The notes beneath the pieces were generated by a model, which saw nothing but the letters and a program-made list of their open reading frames with translations, did no database searches and had not been told where the DNA came from. From a virus: 42,281 nt of DNA. Numbering within the stretch: position 1 is the first letter of the stretch; each line of letters opens with the position of its first letter. The position numbers were made by a program, and so were the translations under genes. Positions 17,682 through 25,043 of this stretch are shown here, piece by piece. The DNA lies in IMG/VR virus record IMGVR_UViG_3300030122_000023; one strand, 5' to 3'.

Positions 17682-19154
17682 TTACTCCTCTCCAAATAGA
17701 CCACCGCTGTTCCTTTCCGCATCTTCCTGCGCTCTCTCTGCAAACATGGCATCTACTTCATCATCATTAAATCCCTCATATTCTTTAAGGTATTTACGCT
17801 TAGAATAAATACCTTGAATCATTAAATTATATGCTCTTGATCTGTCCTGTTCGAAGCTTGCAAGCAAATCTTTAAAATAAAATATATCTTCGTCCGGTAC
17901 ATCATCATCCAGTGCATCCACATAGCCGGCAGAGATTCCGTAAAGGTCGCAGAATACATTGATTGCATAAATAAGATTTTTTAATGCTGTCTTTATGCTT
18001 TTTCTGATATCGTTAATCGTTTCTACCGTTTCATTATCGTCACTTTCAACCTGCGTTGCTGTCAATCTTCCTGACTTTCTGTCAAGGATAAACTGCCCTT
18101 GTGAAAATCCGCATTTTGTCGAAATCATAGATAGCACGCTGTTAATGTCTGTGATTCTGTCAGAAGTAAGCATGGTCGGGACGTGTTCATCAATCGTGCT
18201 TTTTGAATCCAGCCCCAATTTCAAGCCTTTAACGAACCGAGGAAGTTCTACTGTTGAGGAACGGATGCCGCCTTTTCCCTGTTTTGTCATGGCGTTCTCA
18301 TCAATGAAAGTAATGTGCTGCGAATCCTCAACTTCATTCCCTTTTTTACTCCATGCTATATCGAGATCTCTAAGCTCCATAAGTGCATTTGAGAAAATCG
18401 AGACACCTTCTGGAGATGAGTAGTCGATCGTATTGTTAAATGGTGTTTTTAAATAGGCGAACAGTGGCTTTTCTACGTTCATAATATGAACGACTTCATC
18501 AATTGAAGACCACTCCGAAACGTCATGCAGTTCTATCTTTTTACCAAGTGAGTTACTGCTGTTTGACTTGAACGCTCTGTTCTGGATCTCGTACACGTTA
18601 ATCTCTTCGCCCTCTTTATTTTTTGAGGTCGTAAAATGATGGTATTCGAGCCGGTAATAGTACACCTTATCTTTTATAAGTCGATTAATAAAGATACATC
18701 CTCTAATATCTCCGTTGTTTGTTTTTTCTGTGATTGCAAAATCCCACGGCATAATATAATTGATCATGTTGTCTGGGTTCATTGAACCGTTTGGTTTTAA
18801 AATTATACCACCAACTCCGAGCATATCTTCGACTTTGTCTCTGATAGAAGTGTCAACCATTGCCCTGATGCACTTATTAATAAAATCAGCTCTCTCTGAA
18901 CCTGTTACGCTCACTGATAAATCCATACATGCTTTCTTTGCTGTGTACTGGCAGAGGAATTTTGCGAAATTTATTGTCCTGATGTCTTTTTTTTCCGGAT
19001 CAACCCAGAAAGGACTCCCCTTAATGATGTCGTTCCATCTCTGCTGTGAGTTCTCGATCTCCGGAGAAGTGATAAACTCGACATTAAATTCTTTCTCTGC
19101 ATCTGTTCTAAAAAACTTCATGATCGTCTCCCTTATTTTTTCAAAAAAATTCAT
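17682..19154 (-). CDS. Portal protein (SPP1 Gp6-like)
   Basis: 490 aa immediately after the terminase, with the family-typical N-terminus and an acidic C-terminus. Confidence 0.85.
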   Translation of the reverse strand: MNFFEKIRETIMKFFRTDAEKEFNVEFITSPEIENSQQRWNDIIKGSPFWVDPEKKDIRTINFAKFLCQYTAKKACMDLSVSVTGSERADFINKCIRAMVDTSIRDKVEDMLGVGGIILKPNGSMNPDNMINYIMPWDFAITEKTNNGDIRGCIFINRLIKDKVYYYRLEYHHFTTSKNKEGEEINVYEIQNRAFKSNSSNSLGKKIELHDVSEWSSIDEVVHIMNVEKPLFAYLKTPFNNTIDYSSPEGVSIFSNALMELRDLDIAWSKKGNEVEDSQHITFIDENAMTKQGKGGIRSSTVELPRFVKGLKLGLDSKSTIDEHVPTMLTSDRITDINSVLSMISTKCGFSQGQFILDRKSGRLTATQVESDDNETVETINDIRKSIKTALKNLIYAINVFCDLYGISAGYVDALDDDVPDEDIFYFKDLLASFEQDRSRAYNLMIQGIYSKRKYLKEYEGFNDDEVDAMFAERAQEDAERNSGGLFGEE

Positions 19155-19157
19155 TTT

Positions 19158-20855
19158 TTAATCCTCATAATCGTCACTGTCTTCTTCCTCATCATCATAA
19201 AGACCGTCATTCCTTCGGCTGGTCATGATGATCCTGTTCAGTGCATAAATGTTAGCCATGATCGTATCCTCTTCTAAGGTCGGGTAAGCATCCGAGAATG
19301 AACCATCTGGAAGCTGCTCATGCTCTGCCTTTGTAAACTCTTTTTCTGTATTCGGGCAACGTTCTGGATCAATGACAATCTTATTGCATCGCTGAAGCCA
19401 CTCCCAGCAGTAATCCCTTCCTTTTCCGCTTCCCCATCTTTTCTTTGCCCCGATCGCATTGAATCCCCATTCCTGCATCTCTGCTATTCCGTCCGGTCTG
19501 GCAGAATCGCATATAATCTCGACATTCATAAATTTCTTTATCTTCCTGGCAAAGGTAGAGTTTTTACATTTTTTAGAATACACTTCGCCAAAAATATAAA
19601 GAGTGTCCGTCTCGTAATCGTAATAGTTCTGGCTGAACACCTGTGGGTGTGTGTATCCGAAGTCCAAACCGTGGTTTACTGTGTCAAATGTCATTAACTC
19701 CTCATCCGATATTTTTCGGATTTCTAAATTGTCGAAGATGCCGCCGCCTGTTCCAGTGACTTCTCCGAGATAATTATTTTTATAATATAATGGTTTATGA
19801 ATCCTGAACCACTCCGCACGCTCGAAGAATCGCTTTCCAAGCCATTTCACAGGTACATTATAATAATAACTGTGGCAGATCCGTGTCTGTGGCTTATTTT
19901 TACACTCTTCGGTGTACTCGTTCATAAAGTTATTTTTTGACTTCGGAGGATTGAAAATTTTTATGTCAAGTGCTGGTGTATCTGCTCGCAAAAATGTATC
20001 CTCTATGTTATCCATCTGCTCCACACCTGCCATCTCGTCGCACTCTTCATGGATCAGCATCTTAACATATCCGAATGGCACGTTGAAAGATTTTAAGCTG
20101 ATAGGCTTATCAGCTCCCACGAACATTACCATCTGCCCGGTCGGCTTATACACCGCACACATCGGAGACTGCTTAAAGTCCCAGTTATCCAGATCATTAC
20201 ACCGGATCACCACCTTCATAAACTGATTATAAACAGATCCTCTCAAGTCAATCTTATATCGTCTTGTGTATACGATATGCGCCTGAGGATCCTGTCTGAT
20301 CGTCTCATATGCAAGATTCCCCCAAAAATTGGACTTAATAGAACCACGCCCACCCTTCGATATGATCTCGTGTATGTCTATCTCTCCGGCAAAAGCTTCA
20401 TGCACTGTCCGGTATATCTCCACAAAGTCGGATGTAATGTCCGTGATCGGGATCGTCCAGAGTGCCGATTTCTCTCGCTTTTCCTTTTCCTCTCGCTCGA
20501 TCTTCTGCTTTTCTGCTATGGTCAGTGCCTTTTCCAAACCGTCCATTGCCTTAAGCTGATCGGAGAAATCTGGAGAGAATCCGAGACCGTCCACGACTTC
20601 GCCCTTTGCGATTTTACTTCTTCGCTCTTGGATGTCAGCAAGGCTCATAATGTCCCGGTGCTGTTCTTTCTCGATGCGATCCATTTTTTCCGCTATATAT
20701 TCTGTAATGACAGTTTTTGACAGCAGTTTTTGTGCGCTTCGATTCGCTCCATTCTCGCTATAGCCTGCGCTTATGTATGCCTGTGTGGCATTTCCGCCAT
20801 TCTTTATATACTCGTCTGCAAATGCTTTCTGTTTCGGTGTGAGTTCTCCCTTCAT
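19158..20855 (-). CDS. Terminase: small-subunit (Terminase_2-like HTH) domain fused to a PBSX-type large subunit
   Basis: Residues 1-130 (LTPKQKAFADEYIKNGGNATQAYISAGYS...) are TerS-like. Walker A KGGRGSIKS sits at about residue 167, followed by a ~400-aa TerL body. There is no stop between the two parts. Confidence 0.8.
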   Translation of the reverse strand: MKGELTPKQKAFADEYIKNGGNATQAYISAGYSENGANRSAQKLLSKTVITEYIAEKMDRIEKEQHRDIMSLADIQERRSKIAKGEVVDGLGFSPDFSDQLKAMDGLEKALTIAEKQKIEREEKEKREKSALWTIPITDITSDFVEIYRTVHEAFAGEIDIHEIISKGGRGSIKSNFWGNLAYETIRQDPQAHIVYTRRYKIDLRGSVYNQFMKVVIRCNDLDNWDFKQSPMCAVYKPTGQMVMFVGADKPISLKSFNVPFGYVKMLIHEECDEMAGVEQMDNIEDTFLRADTPALDIKIFNPPKSKNNFMNEYTEECKNKPQTRICHSYYYNVPVKWLGKRFFERAEWFRIHKPLYYKNNYLGEVTGTGGGIFDNLEIRKISDEELMTFDTVNHGLDFGYTHPQVFSQNYYDYETDTLYIFGEVYSKKCKNSTFARKIKKFMNVEIICDSARPDGIAEMQEWGFNAIGAKKRWGSGKGRDYCWEWLQRCNKIVIDPERCPNTEKEFTKAEHEQLPDGSFSDAYPTLEEDTIMANIYALNRIIMTSRRNDGLYDDEEEDSDDYED

Positions 20856-21121
20856 CCGCTCACCGCCTTATAAATATCAATTAAACAGAATATTACTTCC
20901 GGGATAGATGACGTTTTAAGAATCTCATAATCTTCTGTTTTCCATTCTTGTCTATTTTTCTTAAAGGTGCACACTGGTGTGAGGATTCTGTAAATTGTGA
21001 TCATGCGCTTCTGGTCTGCACTGTAAAATTGATTTTGGTTTATTTTTACAATCAGTCCGCGCTGGACAATCGCAGTCTGAAGCTTTTTAACTTTTCCTTT
21101 TAAATTTGCCAAGGCGCACAC
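20852..21121 (-). CDS. Hypothetical protein upstream of the terminase (non-ATG start)
   Basis: 89-aa ORF. GGGAGG lies upstream of GTG/TTG start candidates. Confidence 0.45.
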   Translation of the reverse strand: MCALANLKGKVKKLQTAIVQRGLIVKINQNQFYSADQKRMITIYRILTPVCTFKKNRQEWKTEDYEILKTSSIPEVIFCLIDIYKAVSG

Positions 21122-21190
21122 CTCCCATCATTTTACTTATAATTTTATTATAAGATATTTTTTAATAGTTTTTGTTCCATTTTTAGGCAT

Positions 21191-21222
21191 AAAAAAAGCG
21201 GCTATATTTCAAGCCGTTTTTT
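21191..21222 (-). terminator. Rho-independent terminator ending the HTH-led operon
   Basis: Minus strand ACGGCU-UGAAAUAU-AGCCGC followed by UUUUUUU. It overlaps the TAG stop of 21202..21834. Confidence 0.6.
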
Positions 21223-21834
21223 CTCGTTTCTTCGTTTTTCTCTTTCTCGTTTTCTTTTCAGCCTCTCCTCTTCTGACATTTTCTGTTTTCTCGGTTTTCT
21301 CTTTTTTCTCTCCGGAAATCCTTCTCGCGCCTTATTTTCTTCGCTCCATTCTAATAAACGCCATCCCTTATACTGAGCACTCCCACTTTTATGCTTTCCG
21401 AGCAAATATCTTTTAATGTCTCTTATTCCACCAGAAAAAAGATCCGGTTTAATTGGGCTTATGATATCCTCATTGTCAATTGCCCATTTTTTTAAATTGT
21501 TAATTCTGTAAACATCACCTCCTGGCGACTGGATCACCCAGCTTTTCGCATTTGCATTCGTGTCTTTTCTGCCTGTGTTCGGCGATTCTTCATATCCGGC
21601 ATGTGCTTTTTTTAAAACTTCTTTATTCTGCTCGCTCATTCCGTAAAAATGCCGAAGCTTCGCGGAACACTCTCTACTGCATGTTCTTTCTGTTCCTGAT
21701 GGCGCAGAGTAAAATTCTTTTCCGCAAATTACACATTTTCTCATGTTTCTTTGTGCTTCTGCTCGGCATTTTACCGAGCAGTATAATTTATTTCGTCCTT
21801 TTTCTTTTCCGCAAACCACGCATTTCCCTGGCAT
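21202..21834 (-). CDS. Double zinc-ribbon protein with a very basic C-terminal tail
   Basis: 210 aa with CVVCGK...CSVKC and CVICGK...CSREC, and a C-terminus ERKKRKPRKQK...KRKREREKRRNEKKR. Confidence 0.55.
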   Translation of the reverse strand: MPGKCVVCGKEKGRNKLYCSVKCRAEAQRNMRKCVICGKEFYSAPSGTERTCSRECSAKLRHFYGMSEQNKEVLKKAHAGYEESPNTGRKDTNANAKSWVIQSPGGDVYRINNLKKWAIDNEDIISPIKPDLFSGGIRDIKRYLLGKHKSGSAQYKGWRLLEWSEENKAREGFPERKKRKPRKQKMSEEERLKRKREREKRRNEKKRLEI

Positions 21835-21837
21835 TTT

Positions 21838-22146
21838 TTAATCCTCTAAAAAATAAAGTATATCTTCTGTAATATCTTCGGTTTTATAAGCCTTTGTGTA
21901 ATCGATCATGTCGAGTTCCTGATCCGGCTGCACATTATAATAAACCTTATAAATTTTATCATCAGTCACCATGTACTGATAAAACTCATCTCCATCCCAG
22001 CACTCTGCATTTCCGATGATTCTGATTTTATCGTAATTTTCAACATCGCCGTTTTCAGATTCTACTGTTAATTTCTGTAATGGGAATTTTCTCAATTCTC
22101 CATAATTTTCCTCTAACCATTTGTTAAAAAGCTCTGTTCTACTCAT
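21838..22146 (-). CDS. Hypothetical acidic protein
   Basis: 102-aa ORF, tightly packed in the operon. Confidence 0.5.
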   Translation of the reverse strand: MSRTELFNKWLEENYGELRKFPLQKLTVESENGDVENYDKIRIIGNAECWDGDEFYQYMVTDDKIYKVYYNVQPDQELDMIDYTKAYKTEDITEDILYFLED

Positions 22147-22183
22147 TTTTTTATCTCCTTTTTTTAATTAATGCTCTAGGTTT

Positions 22184-22438
22184 TTACTGGTCAATTTCCG
22201 GTAAAAATTCTCCGGTGTGTAATTCTTCCGCAACGATCCTGTACGCTTTTCGGATTGTGCTGGCTCTATTTACCAGATACTCCCAACCCTGCACGTCTTT
22301 TTCTTTCCAGTCTCCCATGTACTCGGCTTTCACTTCGTCATCAAGATTAATAAAATCCATGATGTCTGTGTCATGTCTGTTTTCAATTTCTGCGATCATT
22401 TTCTGTAATTCCTGATAACATTTTTTTAATTCTTCCAT
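22184..22438 (-). CDS. Hypothetical protein
   Basis: 84-aa ORF. Confidence 0.5.
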   Translation of the reverse strand: MEELKKCYQELQKMIAEIENRHDTDIMDFINLDDEVKAEYMGDWKEKDVQGWEYLVNRASTIRKAYRIVAEELHTGEFLPEIDQ

Positions 22439-22452
22439 CTTTTTATCCCCCT

Positions 22453-22665
22453 CTAAGCTCTTTCTCTTAAGTCTTTAACCGTAAAGTTTTTATAAAACTC
22501 CTTATATTTTTCAAATGTGTTCTCTTTGCTCCAGTTCTTTTCTGATCCGTTTATGTTTTCAAAATAGTTTTTATCTCTCTCGTATAAAAGATGTAAAAGC
22601 TCCTCACGTTTCATTTTTTTTATTTCTGTTTTTGAATAACTGTAAATGTTTCTTGATTCTTCCAT
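22453..22665 (-). CDS. Hypothetical protein
   Basis: 70-aa ORF. Confidence 0.5.
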   Translation of the reverse strand: MEESRNIYSYSKTEIKKMKREELLHLLYERDKNYFENINGSEKNWSKENTFEKYKEFYKNFTVKDLRERA

Positions 22666-22766
22666 CTTTCTTTTCCTCCGTGTGTTGTGTTTTCCTTGTT
22701 TCTGATATTATAATACACCATTTCCGGTGTACTGTCAATACCTTTTTACATTATTTTTAAAGTATT

Positions 22767-22979
22767 TTATTTTTTCTCATTTTCTACATATTTAATAATG
22801 TTTCCCGGCTGCATATCCAGAAGTGTACATATCTTCTCTAATGCGATGATCCCGACCATGTCGCCACGCCTTAGCGTCTGGATTGCGTTTTCTCCCAAAA
22901 GCTTTTCTTTTCTCAGCCGTGACGTGGTGTATCCGCTTTCTTTCAGCGTTTCTAATACATTTATTTTATAAGTAAGCAT
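22767..22979 (-). CDS. Small XRE-like HTH protein
   Basis: 70 aa; LKESGYTTSRLRKEKLLGENAIQTLRRGDMVGIIALEKICTLLDMQPGNIIKY is a typical short Cro/CI-type HTH. First gene after a consensus promoter. Confidence 0.65.
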   Translation of the reverse strand: MLTYKINVLETLKESGYTTSRLRKEKLLGENAIQTLRRGDMVGIIALEKICTLLDMQPGNIIKYVENEKK

Positions 22980-23009
22980 TGTTTCGCACCTCTCTTTCCT
23001 TTAAGGGAA

Positions 23010-23038
23010 TTATAAATGATTTTATAATCGTTTTCAAG
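23010..23038 (-). promoter_or_regulatory. Near-consensus sigma-A promoter (TTGAAA-17 nt-TATAAT) for the HTH-led operon
   Basis: Read directly on the minus strand; -10 at 23010..23015 and -35 at 23033..23038. Confidence 0.65.
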
Positions 23039-23052
23039 CGATTTACATTATA

Positions 23053-23092
23053 AATAATGCACAAATATTGTCTATTAATTATGCATTATTTT
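23053..23092. promoter_or_regulatory. 10-bp inverted repeat (AAATAATGCA / TGCATTATTT) between divergent promoters; candidate operator
   Basis: Perfect dyad at 23053..23062 and 23083..23092. Confidence 0.5.
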
Positions 23093-23108
23093 TGGTGTAT
23101 TTGTATAT

Positions 23109-23137
23109 TGCAATTACACCGCTTTTAATGTATTATA
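23109..23137 (+). promoter_or_regulatory. Orphan plus-strand promoter (TTGCAA-17 nt-TATTAT, TG at -15/-14)
   Basis: Read directly. No convincing CDS downstream; AGGAGGG at 23147 has no start codon at a usable distance. Confidence 0.5.
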
Positions 23138-23412
23138 ATATTAACAGGAGGGCAAAAAAAGAATTAACAGAGGTTTGCGGAACTTATGAAAGCGACTGCT
23201 CCAGATGTCCGAAGAAAACAGAATGCGATGAGTATAATTCGATATTTGCACAAAATAGCCGAAATGCTCCGCCCTGGAGAGTCCACCGTGGAACGGTCGC
23301 CCGGTGCTGACGATGGAAGACCAGAAAGGGAAAACATGAAAAATTTAATTGGAAACAACTTGAAACGGCTTTTTATTTTTATCTTGCGTATTTTGCCAAT
23401 ACAGACTTTTTT

Positions 23413-23551
23413 ATGCGTGCGTGGTATTTTTATCCTATGCGTGATAAGAAATCCGTCTATGCGTGTCATGCGTGCGTTATGCGTGCAGTTTAAAATAATA
23501 TGCGTGTGTCTATGCGTGCAGTTCTATGCGTGAATCAAAGCATTATGCGTA
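23413..23551 (+). repeat. Array of direct (T)ATGCGTG repeats: 8 perfect copies plus 1 variant (ATGCGTA), same orientation
   Basis: Copies start at 23413, 23437, 23459, 23468, 23479, 23500, 23512, 23526 and 23545. Outliers at 23628, 23731 and 23784. Confidence 0.9.
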
Positions 23552-23768
23552 ACTGTCCGTTGCTTTCTTCTTCGTACAAGCTCCGGCTGTTGAGCATCAT
23601 TAATGCCATTTTCTTTTTTCTGTAAAAATGCGTGCGTGAAATCGGCATAATCCCATAGCGTGCTTCCATTTTGTCATATGAGATATTATTTAAAATTGAT
23701 TCTGCTATTTTATCGCCCAGGTAATTGTCTATGCGTGTGCATATCTCTATCGTTTCCTCTCTGCTCAT
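23535..23768 (-). CDS. Short sigma-region-4/ArpU-C-terminal-like HTH protein (candidate late regulator)
   Basis: 77 aa; ISYDKMEARYGIMPISRTHFYRKKKMALMML resembles the HTH tail of ArpU/RinA-type regulators. Confidence 0.45.
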   Translation of the reverse strand: MSREETIEICTRIDNYLGDKIAESILNNISYDKMEARYGIMPISRTHFYRKKKMALMMLNSRSLYEEESNGQLRIML

Positions 23769-23949
23769 TTTAAAAACCTCCCCATGCGTGGCGCCTAAGT
23801 TTCTTACAACATTATACCATATATCAGTTCATAAAAACACAATATATTATCTTATTCATGCAACATTATTATATTTTTATTCATTTAATCATTGTTCTTT
23901 GATATGTATTTTTTTACCGGCATATTTCAGCCGGCAAAAATCTCAATAT

Positions 23950-24255
23950 TCAGTTTTTATCGCATTCCCGGAATAAGTCAGCGTCTATATATTTCCATCC
24001 ACCATCATAGATCATGAAATATGTATAATGCTGTGTTCTGACAATGTCATATACCGTAAACTTCTTATTGTCACTGTTTCTGATTACCTCAAACGTAATT
24101 CCGCCTATTCGCTCATTTTCTCTCCGCCGCTCTCTGTCGGTCTTAATTTCCTCACAATAGCAGCAACCTTCACAGTCACCATCACAATCTGCATTCGAAA
24201 TGTCGTCTTCCTCCATATCTTTACGCCACATTTCCATACAATTACAGAATCTCAT
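23950..24255 (-). CDS. Cys-rich hypothetical protein
   Basis: 101 aa with CDGDCEGCCYCEE. Confidence 0.5.
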   Translation of the reverse strand: MRFCNCMEMWRKDMEEDDISNADCDGDCEGCCYCEEIKTDRERRRENERIGGITFEVIRNSDNKKFTVYDIVRTQHYTYFMIYDGGWKYIDADLFRECDKN

Positions 24256-24281
24256 TGTTTTTACCTCCGTTAAAGTTCAGT

Positions 24282-24644
24282 TTAGTTATTTTTCTCAAAA
24301 TAGAAAACAACCGGCTTTTTATTCGGTATCACCAGTCCAAACCTCACAGCATTTTTGTATGTATTACTATCACGCATTAAAGTATCAGGCATAGCAGCAA
24401 CCATTTTCCGAAAACCTTCCAGTGTAGATCTACTCTTATAATGATTGCAGCTTCGGCAAGCAGGAAGCATATTGTCAACCGTGTCTGTTCCCTGTTCGCT
24501 CCAACCATTCAGAGGTATTACATGATCCACCTGCATATCTTTGTATTCCAAGCTGCATCCGCAATAAGCGCAATGTCCATCGCATTTCTGATATATTGTC
24601 ATTCTAATGCTTTTTGGTATTGCCTTTCTCTTATTCACCATCAT
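24282..24644 (-). CDS. HNH endonuclease
   Basis: CAYCGCSL...VDHVIPL...DNMLPACRSCNHYK. Confidence 0.8.
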   Translation of the reverse strand: MMVNKRKAIPKSIRMTIYQKCDGHCAYCGCSLEYKDMQVDHVIPLNGWSEQGTDTVDNMLPACRSCNHYKSRSTLEGFRKMVAAMPDTLMRDSNTYKNAVRFGLVIPNKKPVVFYFEKNN

Positions 24645-24657
24645 ATCTACCTCATGT

Positions 24658-25014
24658 TCAGTTTAAAGAAACAATATGACCATCCAAAACACAGTAACAA
24701 GATGGCTCTATCTCTTCCTGTTCTATCCACGCTTTGACGGTTTCATCGATCATCCTCGCAAGTTCCAGTTCCTGTTCAACAGAAACTCCAAAATTTTCTG
24801 CTGCTTCCCCCACATCTTCAGACAGATTTTCTTTGATGGAATCAATAATTTCTTCCTCGCAACTATTCCATCTAAATACCGGCTTTGTACATGTTCCGAT
24901 ATAAATTTCACTCTTACACGGATAGCTTTCTTTTGCATCTTCTAGTGCATCCTGTTCGGTGTTGAATTCCCCATAATAAAGTTCTCCGTCATTGCTATGA
25001 CAATATTTACTCAT
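24658..25014 (-). CDS. Hypothetical acidic protein (start moved to M34 of the listed ORF)
   Basis: GGAGGT lies 6 nt upstream of the ATG at 25014. The longer ORF would overlap the methyltransferase by 70 nt. Confidence 0.5.
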   Translation of the reverse strand: MSKYCHSNDGELYYGEFNTEQDALEDAKESYPCKSEIYIGTCTKPVFRWNSCEEEIIDSIKENLSEDVGEAAENFGVSVEQELELARMIDETVKAWIEQEEIEPSCYCVLDGHIVSLN

Positions 25015-25043
25015 GTTTATACCTCCACTAAAATTTAATTTAA

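Noticed and set aside
17534-17752. 72-aa ORF in the 168-nt gap between the portal and the minor capsid protein
   Set aside because: The listed start overlaps the portal gene by 71 nt with no RBS. Within the gap, only an internal ATG giving 21 aa is available. Left unresolved rather than called.
23186-23533. 115-aa plus-strand ORF downstream of the orphan promoter
   Set aside because: Its C-terminal half is just the translated ATGCGTG repeat (MRVMRALCVQFKIICVCLCVQ), and the RBS is weak. The overlapping 23068..23310 and 23164..23469 ORFs are equally unconvincing; the promoter lies inside the former.
23413-23551. The repeat array as a CRISPR locus
   Set aside because: The repeat unit is only 7-10 bp, the inter-repeat gaps are 2-17 bp and irregular, and no cas genes are present.
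23917-23940. GC-rich hairpin (accggc-atatttca-gccggc) as a terminator after the 23950..24255 gene
   Set aside because: On both strands the U-tract precedes the stem and an A-tract follows it, so it does not fit an intrinsic terminator in either direction.
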